From the NCBI GenBank assembly GCA_038496445.1, contig JALMLS010000487.1, positions 186,001 to 250,000 on the forward strand: 64,000 bases of DNA, written 5' to 3'. The DNA comes from Trichosphaerium sp. ATCC 40318 (Eukaryota; Protista; Tubulinea). Position 1 is the stretch's first letter; every line of letters begins with the position of its first letter. The notes beneath the pieces are model-generated. The model made no database searches. It saw only the letters and a program-made list of their open reading frames with translations, and was not told the DNA's origin. This document shows positions 39,755-53,386 of this stretch, piece after piece. The position numbers were made by a program, and so were the translations under genes.

Positions 39755-42330
39755 TTAAGTATCATTATCTTTGATGAAGAGCAGGTCATCTGGACCGGAC
39801 CATCTCTTTCTGTGTTTTTTCTTCTTTTTTTTCGAAAAAAATTGTTGCGAGAATTTATGAATATTTTCTGTCTCGCTTGTTGTTGTTTTTGTTCTTTTTG
39901 TGTTATTGTGACATATGCTTAGATCTTTTCAACTCACTTCTACGTCTTTTTTTCTTGATTTTAGCTATTTTTTGTTGATCTGGTAGCCTTGGATCATCCT
40001 TTTTTGAAGAACGACGTAAATGGATACTTAGTGATAAACGCTTCCGTCGTTTCTTGACACGAACTTCATCTCTCACACGTGCAGTAGTAGTACCTGGTCT
40101 ATAATAAACAATGAGCTAAAATAGAAAGAAGTCTGAAGACCAAAAAAAAAAAAGAAACAAGACTCTTTTCAATTGCTTCTACGGAATACCCTACAGTATT
40201 GTTTTTTTGAAATATTTATCATAAATTCATTCGGTATATTTAGTAGCAAGTGATAAAGAAATTGCAGAAAATTTAAGGAAAAATCAAGGGTGCAAAGTAC
40301 TTCGCGAAAAAATCACGTGGGGTTTTTTAAAGGTTATTGTTGGATCCAATGCTTTTGCTAGTTTGTTGGAAATATTTTCTGTACGTACTCAAGATTAGAT
40401 ACTGCTTTAGATAGAACAGGTTTTCCAGATGGTAGAGATTTTTGTTTTGATACATTAGGCGAGTGTAAGCGAGACATTGTATTTCTTCTTTGTGATTTTA
40501 TTCTACTATGACCTGGTCCTGTCTCTCTATGACTTGATATATTTGGTAATGTTGTTATATCTGATCTTTTAGCCATTGTATGTAGTCTATCTTGTTTCAT
40601 ACGGAAAGGAGATGTGAAATCTTTAATTTCTTGTCTTGATGTGAAAGTTCTTTGACTCATCATTCTTCTGTTTAAAAAAGGTATCTCAACAAGTGCGAAA
40701 CGCATTGTACTTTCCTTAAGAATACTTGAGTATAAAAGAAATAAAAAAGATAAAAAAATCAACGTGGTTGATTTTTGGAATTGACTCAGATTATTGATAC
40801 GCTGTACTATCGCTATTTGTTTATCACGTGATGACGAACCATGAATGCTTTATATAAGCTAGTTGACGCCGTTATCGATAATATGAGTCAATTCCTTGGG
40901 TTTTAGACAACGTTAAGATGAAATGTGAGGGGTACCTTGGTAGAATCAAACATAACACCTGCAAACAAAAGTTAGATTTTGTGGTTGGCTTGCTGCATAT
41001 TAAAGCAAAAGCTTTTTGATGCTATTTTCAAGTAAATATTAATTTTTAGTCACGTACCACGACAATCAAACCAGTCATCATCATCTATTGTTTTATCACA
41101 TACATCACAATAACGAAACCCACAAAGTTCAATTTTAGGTAAATTCAAATGTAAGAGTTGAATAGGCTTCTCTGGAAAGGACGCGCAAAATTCTACGACT
41201 ACAACAGCTGCCTCTGGTGCATCATATAATCTTAGTACTAGCGCAAGGTCAGCAAGTGAACAAAAAAAACACAAAATCAAGCGAGCGCTCAGTGATTTCT
41301 CCAAAAAAGAAAAACAATGAGCGAACGGCAATGATTTCATTAGAATACGCACCAGGATTCGCTTCTACTAGACCTAGACCTGTATAAAGCGATGCATAAC
41401 AAACAAAATGTGCTCCTCTAGTATTTACTATACGTTTAATCTCATCTTCATCAACTTCAAACCTGTTTAAATAATCATAAGACAAAACCAAAAAAAGGAA
41501 AAAAAACAAAAAAATAATGATGCAAAAAAGGCACGCTCCGGCGTCGGAGTTTAGTATCTCGGTTTCTCTCATCAGTGGGTAACTAAATAAATACCATACC
41601 TTCCTGATGGCCACAATGCATTACTCTTTGTCATTCTCAAGTTTGTGAGTTTGCTCTGGGAAGTAGCGAAATATGTTTTTACTCGACCTAATTTCTTTGC
41701 AAATCCTTCACACAAAAATTAATCTCCTTTGTTACATAACAAATACAAAAGGAGTAAAATAAAAACCAAGATGACGCAATTCGCATAATTACGATAGTGT
41801 GTCGCGAAATTGCTTTTTTTTCTACTGGCTGTTGGTATTTTTGTATAAAAGCAAAAACCACGTGATTTTCTTGTACATACAGCGATGTAATCACGTGATA
41901 ATTTCATAATTAAAATGACAATTTACCAGGTCTTCAAAAAATTCCAACTATCTAATTACGTACCTGTGAAAGCCTGCTTTGTACTGATACGTTTCCTACG
42001 TGTCGCTCTAAATGATGTAAGGGGAAGTACCATACAACAAAAAAAATTGCTTTCTAGATCATACTCACGTTTGAAGGTAACGTATAAAAGCTTCATGGCG
42101 TGAAGATACACCAGGCCAGTTCAAACAAGGATTGTATTGCGTAAAATTATTTTCCTTCATAGCCTGCACATAAGGTATTAAGATTAAAGTAGTTTAAAAA
42201 CACTTACATTGAGTATAACTTCTGCTTGCTTTTTGCCGTAGTCAACTTGCAAAACAGCTTCTGTTCTAAGACTCAGTGGTCTCTCTTGAAGCATCCAATC
42301 TGTTTCGAAGCTACTTACTTCTCTAAGCAT
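39755..42330 (-). CDS. Hypothetical multi-exon protein with basic low-complexity C-terminus
   Basis: Series of open exons flanked by GT/AG; no family recognised; some junctions unresolved. Confidence 0.45.
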
Positions 42331-42505
42331 TGTGATAACGTGATTTTTTAGTTTTGTTCAGACCGTCAGCCTGCCTTGCTTAACATGTTTTTTTGATTAA
42401 GTGTTGAACACATTCATCTGTGAATTGGCAGTTTAAACTCCCACCTCCACCCAATCTCTGCAGTTTTCGAAGCAAAGACACTACACAGTGTGATGAACAC
42501 TATAA

Positions 42506-45500
42506 ATGGCTAATAATAAACCAAATAGATCCAGTTCAGCAGTGCCTGCGTTTAGCGAACATCAATATGATCAGTTTACAAACAAACAAATACGTAAATA
42601 ACAAGAGAGCTTCATTACAGTGGCCACCGTTTTTTTTTTCTTTCAGTTTTTTGCCAACTCATCCGTTCTTCGTTTTTATAAGTAATTCTTGTAGTTGATG
42701 TTAAACAACGTATTACCTCATCATCAAATAAGCGTAATAGTTTATCTGTTGCGTCAGGAAAGCAAAAAAAGTTAGAAATACTAAGAGCTTGGATAAGACA
42801 AGAAATCCAACAAACGCTTATTGTACAATTTAGTTAATTTAATATTTTTTTTGTTCTTTTTTTTTTGTTCTTTTTTACAAATATGCGTTAACCCTTGTTT
42901 GTATGTAGCCAAAACTGAGAGGATTGAAAGCTTCGATCTTTAATATAACAGAGCTGGATGATGCGGCTTCTTTAAGTGTTACCATAAAGGCAATGGTTGG
43001 CGTACGTATTTTTTGATTTTGAGTGATAATTTTGGAAAAAAAACCAAAAAAAAAAACGAGGTTTGAGGCTCCTTCGCCGCTTATTTCCGTTCAATACGCC
43101 TTTTAACGATATATAGGAGATAAATAAATGTGTAACTTGGATAAAACCAAAGTCATCGCCACCTGTGAACAACAGAAACAAGTTGGTACGCTTTTTTTTA
43201 CTACAAAATTTCTGTAACGATTTTTTTATTGTATTTTATTTTTACTTTATTTAAAAAATCACGTGACCGTGCTCTGGTCACAAAAAAAAAACGGAAAGCC
43301 ATCCCAAACCATATCAATTAGTTTTCTTCTCTTACTTTTTTTGTAAAAAAAACCAGACTGCAAGTTTGAGGGTAATGACGAATACTACGGTTAATCTGGA
43401 ACTTGCGATGGTAGATATTGCTGAAGCGTCAGTTGAAAAAATAGTAAACAGTAGAGACGTAGTACTTGTCGCAACTGTCATTAAAAGCTTGTCAAAGCTC
43501 CTAACGCAGTTTGAACCTGTACAAGTACCTTCTTTAATTAAAGAAGAAGATAAAATCAAAGAAAAGGCAAGCGGTGGATCAGTGCCAAGGGATATTAGAA
43601 AAAGACCTCTTGGGTTTACTCCAATGGCTGGGATTGAAGATGCTCCTACGATTATACCGAACAGTGGAAAGGCTAAAATTAACTTGGTGCCAACAGGCAT
43701 GAAAGCGAAGAAGCCTATCCTTATCCCAACGTCCCTCGGAAGCAAAGACAACTCGGCTTCAAAACCAAAAGTCAATCTCACTGGATCACCTGTCGTTGGA
43801 AGACAAGCAAGACAACCAACAATTGTGGATAACAAGAAAGGTGTACGGACTCTTGTACCAAGAAACCTTCCGGGAAGTTCAAAGGCTGTAACTTCTAAAG
43901 CTGGGGCTCCTAAGGCAGGATTTCGCTCCACTCTCGTGTTTAGTGAGACACCAGAACAAAAGCGAAAGAATAACAGAAGAAGCATTTTTTTCGAACAAAA
44001 CAAAGGCAAGAAACCAGAAACCTCTTCTCTTGCAGCGCCTAAACGAAGAGATTTGCGTAAGAGCGTAGAATATGAGGACAAGGCAGCATTGAAGGAGAAA
44101 TTAGCAAAAGCACGTCTTTCCCACTAACGCCAGATTGTTGAAAGTCCTACTTTCTATTTTAGTTTTTTTCCTTTTTTTTTTTCAAACCCGACCGTTTTAA
44201 CGATGCTGCAGAGCGATCCCAAGAGTCAAAAACCTAATAAGCGCGCTTCTTTCAGAGCTAGGTAATATACACGTGTTAAAACCTTTGCAATCACGTGATA
44301 AAAGGATTAACCGGTTTTTTAGAACAATCTCTTCTCCAGAGCTGCGCGAATCTCAGAGAGTGCTGGAATATGTAGAAACGCTCAGTTCAGGAGATTCCCT
44401 GGATTCCACAGGCAAAGAGCACTTGTTAGAACTACTTTCTACTCTAGGCGGTACTAAAATCAACGAAAACGTACTAAACGTAACACAGACAAGAGCGAAT
44501 AGGGTACACAAACAACTAAAATCAGTTTTTTTTGATTTGGGATTTTTTATCAGTTTAAGCACTTTTTTTGACATTTTTAGACCGCCTCCAAGCTACGAAA
44601 GCGTGTCATAAGGACGGACTCAAACAACTTTGAACAAAAACGACGTGTAGTGTGGTAAGCGTTCATCCATATTTAATTATAACGTTTAAGCACGTAACGC
44701 AAGGGAATAAGGTTAATTTACGTTTTTAGGGACGAAATAATAAAAGCAATCATCGTAAAGCACGGAGGAAACTTTAAAGCAGCTGTACGTATACCCTTAT
44801 CTCGCAAGGAAGCAATTTTAAATTTAATCGAAACATTTATTATGAAAACAGTTGACTTTTTTTTTTTGATTCATAAAACGCCCAAATTGAAAATTCCGCC
44901 ACTGTAACGTGTAACCTATGGCCCAGGTCGTCTCCATGGAGGATAAAGGGCCCTCAGGAAGTCAGAAGCTGCGTCAACATCTAATTGGGGTAAGAATGCG
45001 TTTTATTGCCTCAATTGATCACTAATACCTTGAAGCGGCGAAATAGACCCGTTAATGAGCAAGCACAAGGATTTAGCTCTCCTTCGCAATCACCAAGGTC
45101 ACCTCGAAATGCGGTAGTTGAATCGCCTAGGACACCTCGTAATCGTGGCTCTATGAGAATGCAACCTCTACAAACTCAACCCGCACCAGTGCAGCAAAAA
45201 TCTATAATTCTTCGTGTACAGATTCCGAGCCTTAACCATTCAGGCACACAAACAAAGAAATTCGCAGAGGACACAACGCTGAAGGAAGTACTGGATCGTA
45301 TGGTTAAATTAATACCAGAAAAATTCAAAACAGCAACGTACCACTTGTATCACAATGGACTGCGACTTACAGGCGAAACACGTACTCTTAAAAGTCATGG
45401 TTTAAAAGATGGTGGTACGTTTTCTTAATATAACGCCTAAAAAACGCTCTGTTACATCGTTTACGTTATGTTTAAACGATAATTTGACAAACTGACGCCA

Positions 45501-48500
45501 TAACCGACTTTTTCATTTCTTTTTGTCATTTTTTTGTTTTCTTTACGTCGTTTACGTTTATCTAAGCTTGTTTCTAGCTGAGATTAAAATGCAAAGAGGA
45601 CTTGAGTATGAAATTAGGTTAAAACAACACCCAACAGCAAAACTTCCTTTGCTTGTTAAAGGAGAGAGAACAACAGTAGCTGAAGTTGTCAAACAATGCT
45701 CAAACTGGGCTTTCAAAGGTCATAGACCTGGGACATACCATTATGCGCTTTTAAGAAAGTCTAAGCGTAGAAACTCAAAGTCTCATGGACCTTTGTTACC
45801 ATTATCTGAGAAGGACACATTTTTCAGTAACAAACTACGTGTACAGGTGCGTATGCTTGAGAAAGAGCAGCAGAACAAAATGCGTTCATTGTTTAACACT
45901 TGGTTGTTAAACCGCTTTTTGTTTCTCATGTTTATTTGTTGCGTTGTCTTTATTGATGTGTTGTATTAGGATGAACTACTACTTTGTGCTGAGCCGATTA
46001 GCGGTGGAAGCCAGATAGCATTAGAATTAGTTATAGAGTATTCACCTGTCGATTTAATGGAACAAACGGTACGTTTGTATTTTTTTTGTAAAACCAAAAG
46101 TCATTTGTTTTTTTTGTCTTATTAAAACTCTGTTGTGTAGAAATTAGCACAGACCAAGTCAGGATATTTAACAAAATTGGGCGGTGGTGCCGGTGGAAGT
46201 AAGAATTGGAAAAATCGATTCTTCATTCTGTCAGATGAGAAATTCGAATATTGGCGCGTACGTTAATAAAGAAATACCAACGAAACGAAAAGAAAATAAA
46301 AACTTGACAAAAGTATTTTGGCATTTTTGCCAACAGTTAAGGGTTCTGAGAACTCCTATTCACTTGTTTAAAGAGTGGTTGTTTTGTAGTTATTATTTTA
46401 ACACGCTAAGATATTATACGTAGGATGATAAGGAGTATCAAAAACAAAAACAAAGTAAAGGCGTGTTGTATTTGGATGATTACGTAAGCGTTGAAATTGT
46501 AGAAGGAGATGCCAGTGAATACGGAAAGGTTGCTGCGAAAGAAGCACTTTTTGCTGTGAATACATCTTCTAGGACGCTGGTGATGTATGCTACTTCAGAG
46601 GCAGAGGTATGCATAGTTAGATCTTTAAAGCACTTTACAATTTTTTTTTTTTTTTTTGATTTGATGTTCTCTGACGGGGTGTCATTTTAGAGATCTGATT
46701 GGATACGAAGACTGAAATTTCTTGGTGAATCAGCACGTACAAATTTCCAAAGCTTACCACAAACCGAGAGAGAGCGTATAATAGAGAATAGAAAAGCGTA
46801 AGTTGTTATTTTTTATTTCTTTTCTTTTATTATTCTTTTTCCTTTGCATCTCTTCTAATCGTTACCATTTTTTTTAGTATGGTTGGTAAAAACTACAAGT
46901 CTGGTGGTAATGAACGTGGTCAAATATCTACTCCTTTCCACGTGAAAAAGGGCGTAAGTAAAATGCAAACAAAAAAGTTTTCGGCACATGCGTATCAAAA
47001 TTCTTTTTCATTTCCACAAGTAGCTTTGTGCTTACACAGAATTTTAGGTTAGCGTTAACACTAATTTGGAATGGGAGATTGGTGGCACAAGCGAATTTGA
47101 TCTTACGACAAAACTTGGTGAAGGGTAAGCTCATTCTCATTTTTTTTTACAGTAGAAATACAAGTGTCGCTTGTTTTAGCTTTAAACCGGTTTTTGCTAT
47201 TTTCGATCCAATCACTTTTGAAAATATGTCTATTACTCATGGATACGGCCATACAACCATGAAAACTCCGTGTCTCTTTCCGAACCGCGAAGATAAGCAT
47301 GGTATGGCCCTGCCAGTACTTGGGTCCGTGAGGACCAGGGAACGTAGGGTGCTGTATTCATTTTACTTTTTTTTTCCTCCACAGTGGTGTTGTAAAACGC
47401 TCACACGCGCCTGGGCGGCTTTGTTTTCAGTTGTCGCTCAAAATTTTGAGATTGTTTTTTTTTTGTTCAAAGGAGAAAGTTCGATGTTGTTTTTTTTAGT
47501 TATGTTCTGTACTGATAATTATTTTAGAGCTTGTGGTGCTGTTTATAAAGCTACACATAAGATGTCTGGAGCAGTTCTCGCTATTAAAGAAATTAAACAA
47601 GGAAATAAGGTAATATTACTAGCGTCCAAAATCTCAGCCTTGTATTTCATTTATTAACTGTTTGCGTAGGCTGAGCAAATTTCGCTTGAAAAAGAAATTA
47701 ATATTCTGAAGAAGTGTCGTAACAACTTGATTGTTAACTACTATGGTGTAATCATGAACGACGATTGTGTCTGGGTATGCTCACGTGCAAAGAACTGCAA
47801 TATTTCATTATTCCTCATTTTTTTTTCTTTTCTGTTGACCATGACGTTGTAGATTATTATGGATTACTGTGAAGTCGGTTCAGTAAAAGATGTGATGAAA
47901 AAGAATAAGGATACTCTAACCGAGGATCAATGCCTATACGTTTCACACCGTTCTCTACTAGGTACTTTTTTTGTTCAAAAACTTTTTAGCGCTACGTTGT
48001 TCTGTTGGTTATTTCTATTGACACTTGTTCTTTAGGTTTGATGTACCTACATAGTAAGGATATATTGCATTTGGATATTAAGAGCGCAAATATTTTACTT
48101 ACTGGTGATGGCATGGTTAAGCTAGGTATGATATGATTCAAAACAACTTTTCTTTTAAAATGTCACGTGATTCTAACGATTTTTTTTTCAGCCGATTTTG
48201 GTGTTTCCGCTATCGTAGAGACATCCCAAAAATTTGTTGATGCTGACGACTATGTTGGTAGCCCTCTGTTTATGGCACCTGAGGTTATAAGAAAAGATAA
48301 GTATAACGACAAGGTAAGCAAAAAAACCATAAACAAAAACATTAAAATTGAGCTTGGTTCTGTATTCTTTCGTATGTTTTCTCTTCACATGCTTACTGAT
48401 GTATAGGCCGATATCTGGTCTCTCGGAATTACAGTAATAGAGATGGTAGAAGGTATTTGATAATTATACTGAGCTTCGCTGACATGTTCAAGGCCGCCCT

Positions 48501-48819
48501 CCAAACACCGATATTAGATCTATCAAGGAACTTCCAAAAATCTTAGAACGTCCGCCACCTGAGTTCAAGAAAAAGAATCTATGGAGTCCAAAGTTTAAAG
48601 CATTCCTGGCACGCTGTCTTGTTAAGGACATGGAAGCAAGACCTTCTGCACTTGACCTCTTGTTGGTACGTCCTTGAACTTCCTTTGTGTTTTTTTTGTA
48701 TACAAACGACTTGAATTTTGACTTGCCATTAGGAACGTGCATTTGTACCAGAACCAAACGCAACTACTGTCATGCCAATGATTAATTTTGTCAGGAAATT
48801 ACGAGGCATAGACGGATAA
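42506..48819 (+). CDS. Large Ste20-family Ser/Thr kinase with two ubiquitin-like/RA-like domains and a PH domain
   Basis: PH: KSGYLTKLGG...KNWKNRFFIL. Kinase: LGEGACGAVYK, LAIKEI, WIIMDYCEVGS, HLDIKSANILL, VKLADFGVS, GSPLFMAPEVI, ADIWSLGITVIEM. 5' start approximate. Confidence 0.88.
47241..47360 (+). rRNA. 5S rRNA: 5S rRNA gene inside kinase intron 47125-47527
   Basis: 120 nt starting GGATACGGCCATAC, with CCGAAC, GAAG.TAAGC, AGTACT.GG and GGGAA motifs; 5' and 3' ends pair; followed by a TTTT terminator. Confidence 0.95.
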
Positions 48820-49392
48820 TATCAAGAAAGACAGAGAGAAAAAAAGCGGATAACAAAAAAACAATCAAAACCCAAGAAAAACTTTGAAAAAAAAAACCAA
48901 ACAATCTGTGTGAAGCCAAGCACTCAATTTTTTTTCACTTGTTCATCAATGATCCTGATAGTACTTGGTGGTATCACAGTATTGCTTTGGGTTTTTAAAG
49001 TATTTTTATTGGAGAACTAGCACACTTCTTTGAAAAACCAACAAAATTATTTTTGGGTTTCTTGGTATTTTTTTTGATTAAAACCCTGTAAAATATGGTG
49101 AAAAAAAACCCACCTGTATTGTTGTAAATAGCATACATAGACCTTTTTAAAGAACACGTTGTCTTACTTGTCTTGTACATACCTTGCACCGGTCTCGCCC
49201 TTGCATTAGTGGTAAATAGTCGACTCTACATGACTGACTCGACTTAAGTGGAGGAATAATCAGATTACTTATGATCGTGACTTGAAGTGGTTTTTAAGCT
49301 TTCTTTGTTTTGACACGTGATCATGGTAAACTTTGAGTGGCATTTATTATTAGATTTATGTTTTGCATTATTACACGTTCCTTCTTATTGAT

Positions 49393-50462
49393 TTATACCT
49401 TCTCGGTTGCCTCTTCATATATGGATGCCACAAGCATACCGTAATAAGTAGGATGAACTGGGCCAGCCATAATATTGGACTTCCACTAAAACAAAACAAT
49501 TAACATCCAACCTATGACATGTTACAGGTTTTTTGCTGTGCTAAAGCTTCAACGTACATTCTTTCCTACGGCATCCATGAGCCCTTGTAGCATTACAAAT
49601 CCAGTGTATCCACATGACTTACCGTCTGGAGCATGTTTTGCTGCTACTTCAAGTAACTCCTTTCTATCAAAAGTCTTCAACCACCTCTCAATTGCAGAAT
49701 CAAAAAGTTCAGCGCTTGGTGAAGATCCTAAAGGTCCTTTGTCTCCGTGAGTGTGAGCTAAGTCTCCTGAAATACACACCAATACTTTCTTATCAAGAGA
49801 GGATAGAGTCTTACCTACGACCCCACCTAGCTTGAGTAACTCATCTATCATAGGTACTCCATTTTCAATAAATCTTCGACAAGGAAATGATAAGAAAACA
49901 GTATTAGCTACTGATTCTAAAGAAGGATTGAATTCCTTCGTGTTTAAGAATGACAAAGGAATAACTTCTCCCCACCTTAAAGGCATACTATGAGGAGCAA
50001 ATCCCGTCAAGTTCCTGACATCTATCTGTTGGTCTTTGATAGAACTCGCTATTTTACGGCTCAGGTCAACGTCAATAGGTTGGCGGATGTCTGGGTATCC
50101 TTTGAATTGGTTTACACCTTCTGATTGATCAGCGTTTCCGCAAGCTTCTGTATTGTTGTAAAAAGAATAGGCGTCTTCATCAGCGATACCGTGAGGCGTT
50201 GTAAGTAATATTACATCAGGTTTGAACGCTGCTACTTCTTTTCCCGCTTCTTTTAACCCTCTATGAAGTGCTTGTGCCTTTTAAACACGTGAGGAGAGAG
50301 TAGTAACTGAAATTATTCCGTTGCGCTGAGAAAACAGTCGTGATGGCTTGTCGTAACATATTGCGCGTAACGTACATGTTTTATGTCGTTTTTGCTTCCA
50401 CCGAACTCGTGCGTTGGGTCATAAGCGACAGCGCCATGAGGAGCAATAACAACTCTGAGCAT
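49393..50462 (-). CDS. LigB-like (class III extradiol dioxygenase / MEMO-fold) protein
   Basis: IAPHG, KPDVILLTTPHG, LRWGEVIPL, ISGDLAHTH..KGPLG, FD.AIERW, KSCGYTG, PTYYGMLVA; two introns. Confidence 0.8.
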
Positions 50463-50645
50463 AGGTATTGAATTGGTCAATGCAGCGTTAAAGCCTGATA
50501 CTCACAACACTTAACTCAAACACACTTAAGCCTTGATTCAATTGCAAAAACCGATTTGTAGCAAACGCTGTTTCAGGTCGAATCCAACTTTACAAGGTTG
50601 ACAACCTAGCAAAGCAAGAACGGCATTATAAGTTCAAGCATTTTA

Positions 50646-53386
50646 TTAATTATTTTCATGGCTTGGTGATGTTGAAAATCCATTGATAGTGTTTTCAATC
50701 TTCTTTTTACGTTCAATATACATCCACACTACAACTACAATGGAAGCTATAATAAAAACAATAGCAATGACTACTACAGCTATAATGATTACTGTCAAAC
50801 TTCCACTTTCTTCGTTACAAGCTGGAGATACAGTCAGAATAAGTGATCCTCTGTTTTGATTTAATCTGGTCCTATATGCACAATCTGAAGTGGATTCTAT
50901 AGCTACCCTACTAAACCCAGGAATGGTATCTTCGTCACATTGGTGACTCAAGAACATCAAATCGAAATCCTACAACAACATTTAGGCAAAATCAGCGAAG
51001 GTTGAGCTTGTTAAAGGTACGTTGAGGAGGGCTGCATTTGATTCTGATAGTTTAACAACTAAGCCAGTTTGAGAGATGTTAAGGCAACCCAACACAGTTA
51101 CTGTAGCCTCATCAGTGATTGTCAGAGTTGAGCCAAGTGATAATGTTAGCGTGCCTACACAACAGTTAGAATTAAGTCAAAGCTTCGAAAACAGCACCAT
51201 TTACGACAAGGTCTGAGTTTATTATAATATCCGTGGTTGCGTTTAAGTCACCTTGGACGATCCAGACGCCACTAATGCATGACACAACATCGGCTGGTTT
51301 TGGTGGTAAACATTGTGTTATAGTAGATGTTGGTTGAGGTTGTGGACTTGTTGAAGGCGCTACACTTGAAGGTGGCTGACTTGTTGAAGGTGCCATAGGA
51401 ACAACAATAGATTCACCATTAAGGAAAGCGAAAGAAGCGGATGCAGAAGAGTTAGAAACAATCTATGGCATACAGTGAGTTTAAACAACGTTAATATTTG
51501 TGATGCTGTTGTACAAGAGTAGTATTGAGGATGTCATCATAAATTCCAACAATAGTATCTAATCTTTGTTTAGGCTCTAATTCGATTGCATCTCCATAAA
51601 AACCACCAGATGTCTAAATAATGATTAGAAAATATCACGTGATTATTAACATCAGAAAGGACGTTATATTTAGATTAGTGTATCACGTGTAAACGCACAT
51701 ATTGTAAAAATTTCGTTGTTGTACTGTCTGTAACAGCAACTGTGAAAGAAACGGGCGTTTTGTCACCAGCTGGGAAAAAGCTAAAATGCTCTATTCTTCC
51801 TCCTAACCCAATAGCTTCAACAGGGTCTGCGACTTGAGTGAAATTTATAGCATCGTATGTATCACAAACACCTTGATACTCATATAGGTATAGCCTCAAA
51901 GTAGCTTCGTGATCTTGAACTCCAAGAAGCACCAACTTTTTTTCGACATTGTGGGCTATTGAAGCTTGTGTTATTCCTCGTTCTGATATCACTATTCTAC
52001 CAATCGTTTCATCCCGATTCTAAACGATTATCCGTGTTATAACTATGGTCACACAGATATCAACATCAAAATCACTTACTGGTTTTCTTGGCTGAAAATA
52101 AATTGCTTGTGGATCAAATAAAGAAAGTCGTGCTTCAAGAAAACAACCTGTGCCTAGTTCCGCAATACCTATTGGCGAGAAGCTGTTGCCGAACTCTTGT
52201 ATGGCTTAAAGAATGTTATTTCAATACGTAAGGAAGCAGTGGAGGCTTACTATCTGGTATACGTTGCGCTGCTTGTTGTGGCTGCAAAGTCCAAAATGCT
52301 GCTTGTGATGCTTTGCCAGTGGCAATATTATGAACCCAAAGAGTATGTACACCTTGGCCTATAAGAACCTGTTAATTTTTTACAATGTCACGTGATTGAA
52401 CGTGCTTGTTTGAAATGCTTTTATCCCTTGAATTTTGACAGTAGGCGTTTCCATTGGCCCAAAAATCTATACAGACACTGTTAGCAATCAATTGTTTTCT
52501 GTTTATTTCGCAAACAAAGTTGCCGTTTCTGATCTGACTTGTGGATTCTAAACGGAATAGTTGTCATAGCCTTGATACACGTGTGTAGTTCCATCAAGAT
52601 TGTGATAACTTTTTTTTATACTAAGATGTCTTTGTGTACCGTGAGGGTTTCGTCGCCAAACTCAATGGTATGTGCGATTAGTTTCTCCGTGTTCGTATCA
52701 TTAGGCTTTGATATCACTTGAATGAAATCCTCAAAGGGAGGTATGTAAGGGTCAGAAATGCCTTCTATAAACAATATTGGATATGTAAATTGTCCATGTT
52801 GTACAATAGCTACGCAGAGTAATTAGCGATCAATAAATCCATCTTTGGAATACATAGCGTAATGAGTTTTGGAACTTTTCGAAAAATACTCCGTCGGTTT
52901 TTCATAAACACTCGAGTAAGTATTTAATAAACTAACGTCGCACTTGATTTATCCAGAAGGAACTATTGCCTTCTATTTACAGCGAAACGAACTCTAAATG
53001 TACATACCTTCTGGCGTTCCTACACCTATAAATACCCCCTCCATATTATTTCTGTTCGCGTGACCGCCTTTTTAATCAGAAACTTAGTACACGTGACAAG
53101 TACCGAAAAAAAAACTTTCGGTTTTTATTAGACCTACTTTATTGAACTCGTACCTTGTACAGCGTAAACGTATACCCTCGTCCCATTTCGCAACCCAAGC
53201 GCAACTGTTTGATATGAAATATCGCTAGTATTTGAAAACAACAACGTCAGGTCGTGGTACTTGTTCGTCTCAAAAGCTTGAAACCCAAAACTCGGCCCTT
53301 TTTTTTTTTAATGGTTCCTGTTTATAGCACGACGTACCTAAACAACAAAGTACAATTACTAGAAGCGTCCTCGCATCGGCGTGCAT
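50646..53386 (-). CDS. Type I membrane glycoprotein, unknown family
   Basis: Signal peptide, long extracellular part, S/T/P linker, Cys-containing juxtamembrane domain, TM helix LTVIIIAVVVIAIVFIIASIVVVVW, short basic tail. Confidence 0.65.

Noticed and set aside
43332-44081. 249-aa antisense ORF
   Set aside because: Shadow of the long K/P/S-rich plus-strand kinase exon; no independent coding signal.
49180-49250. Two small hairpins between convergent genes
   Set aside because: Stems of only 4-6 bp, no box motifs; compatible with chance.
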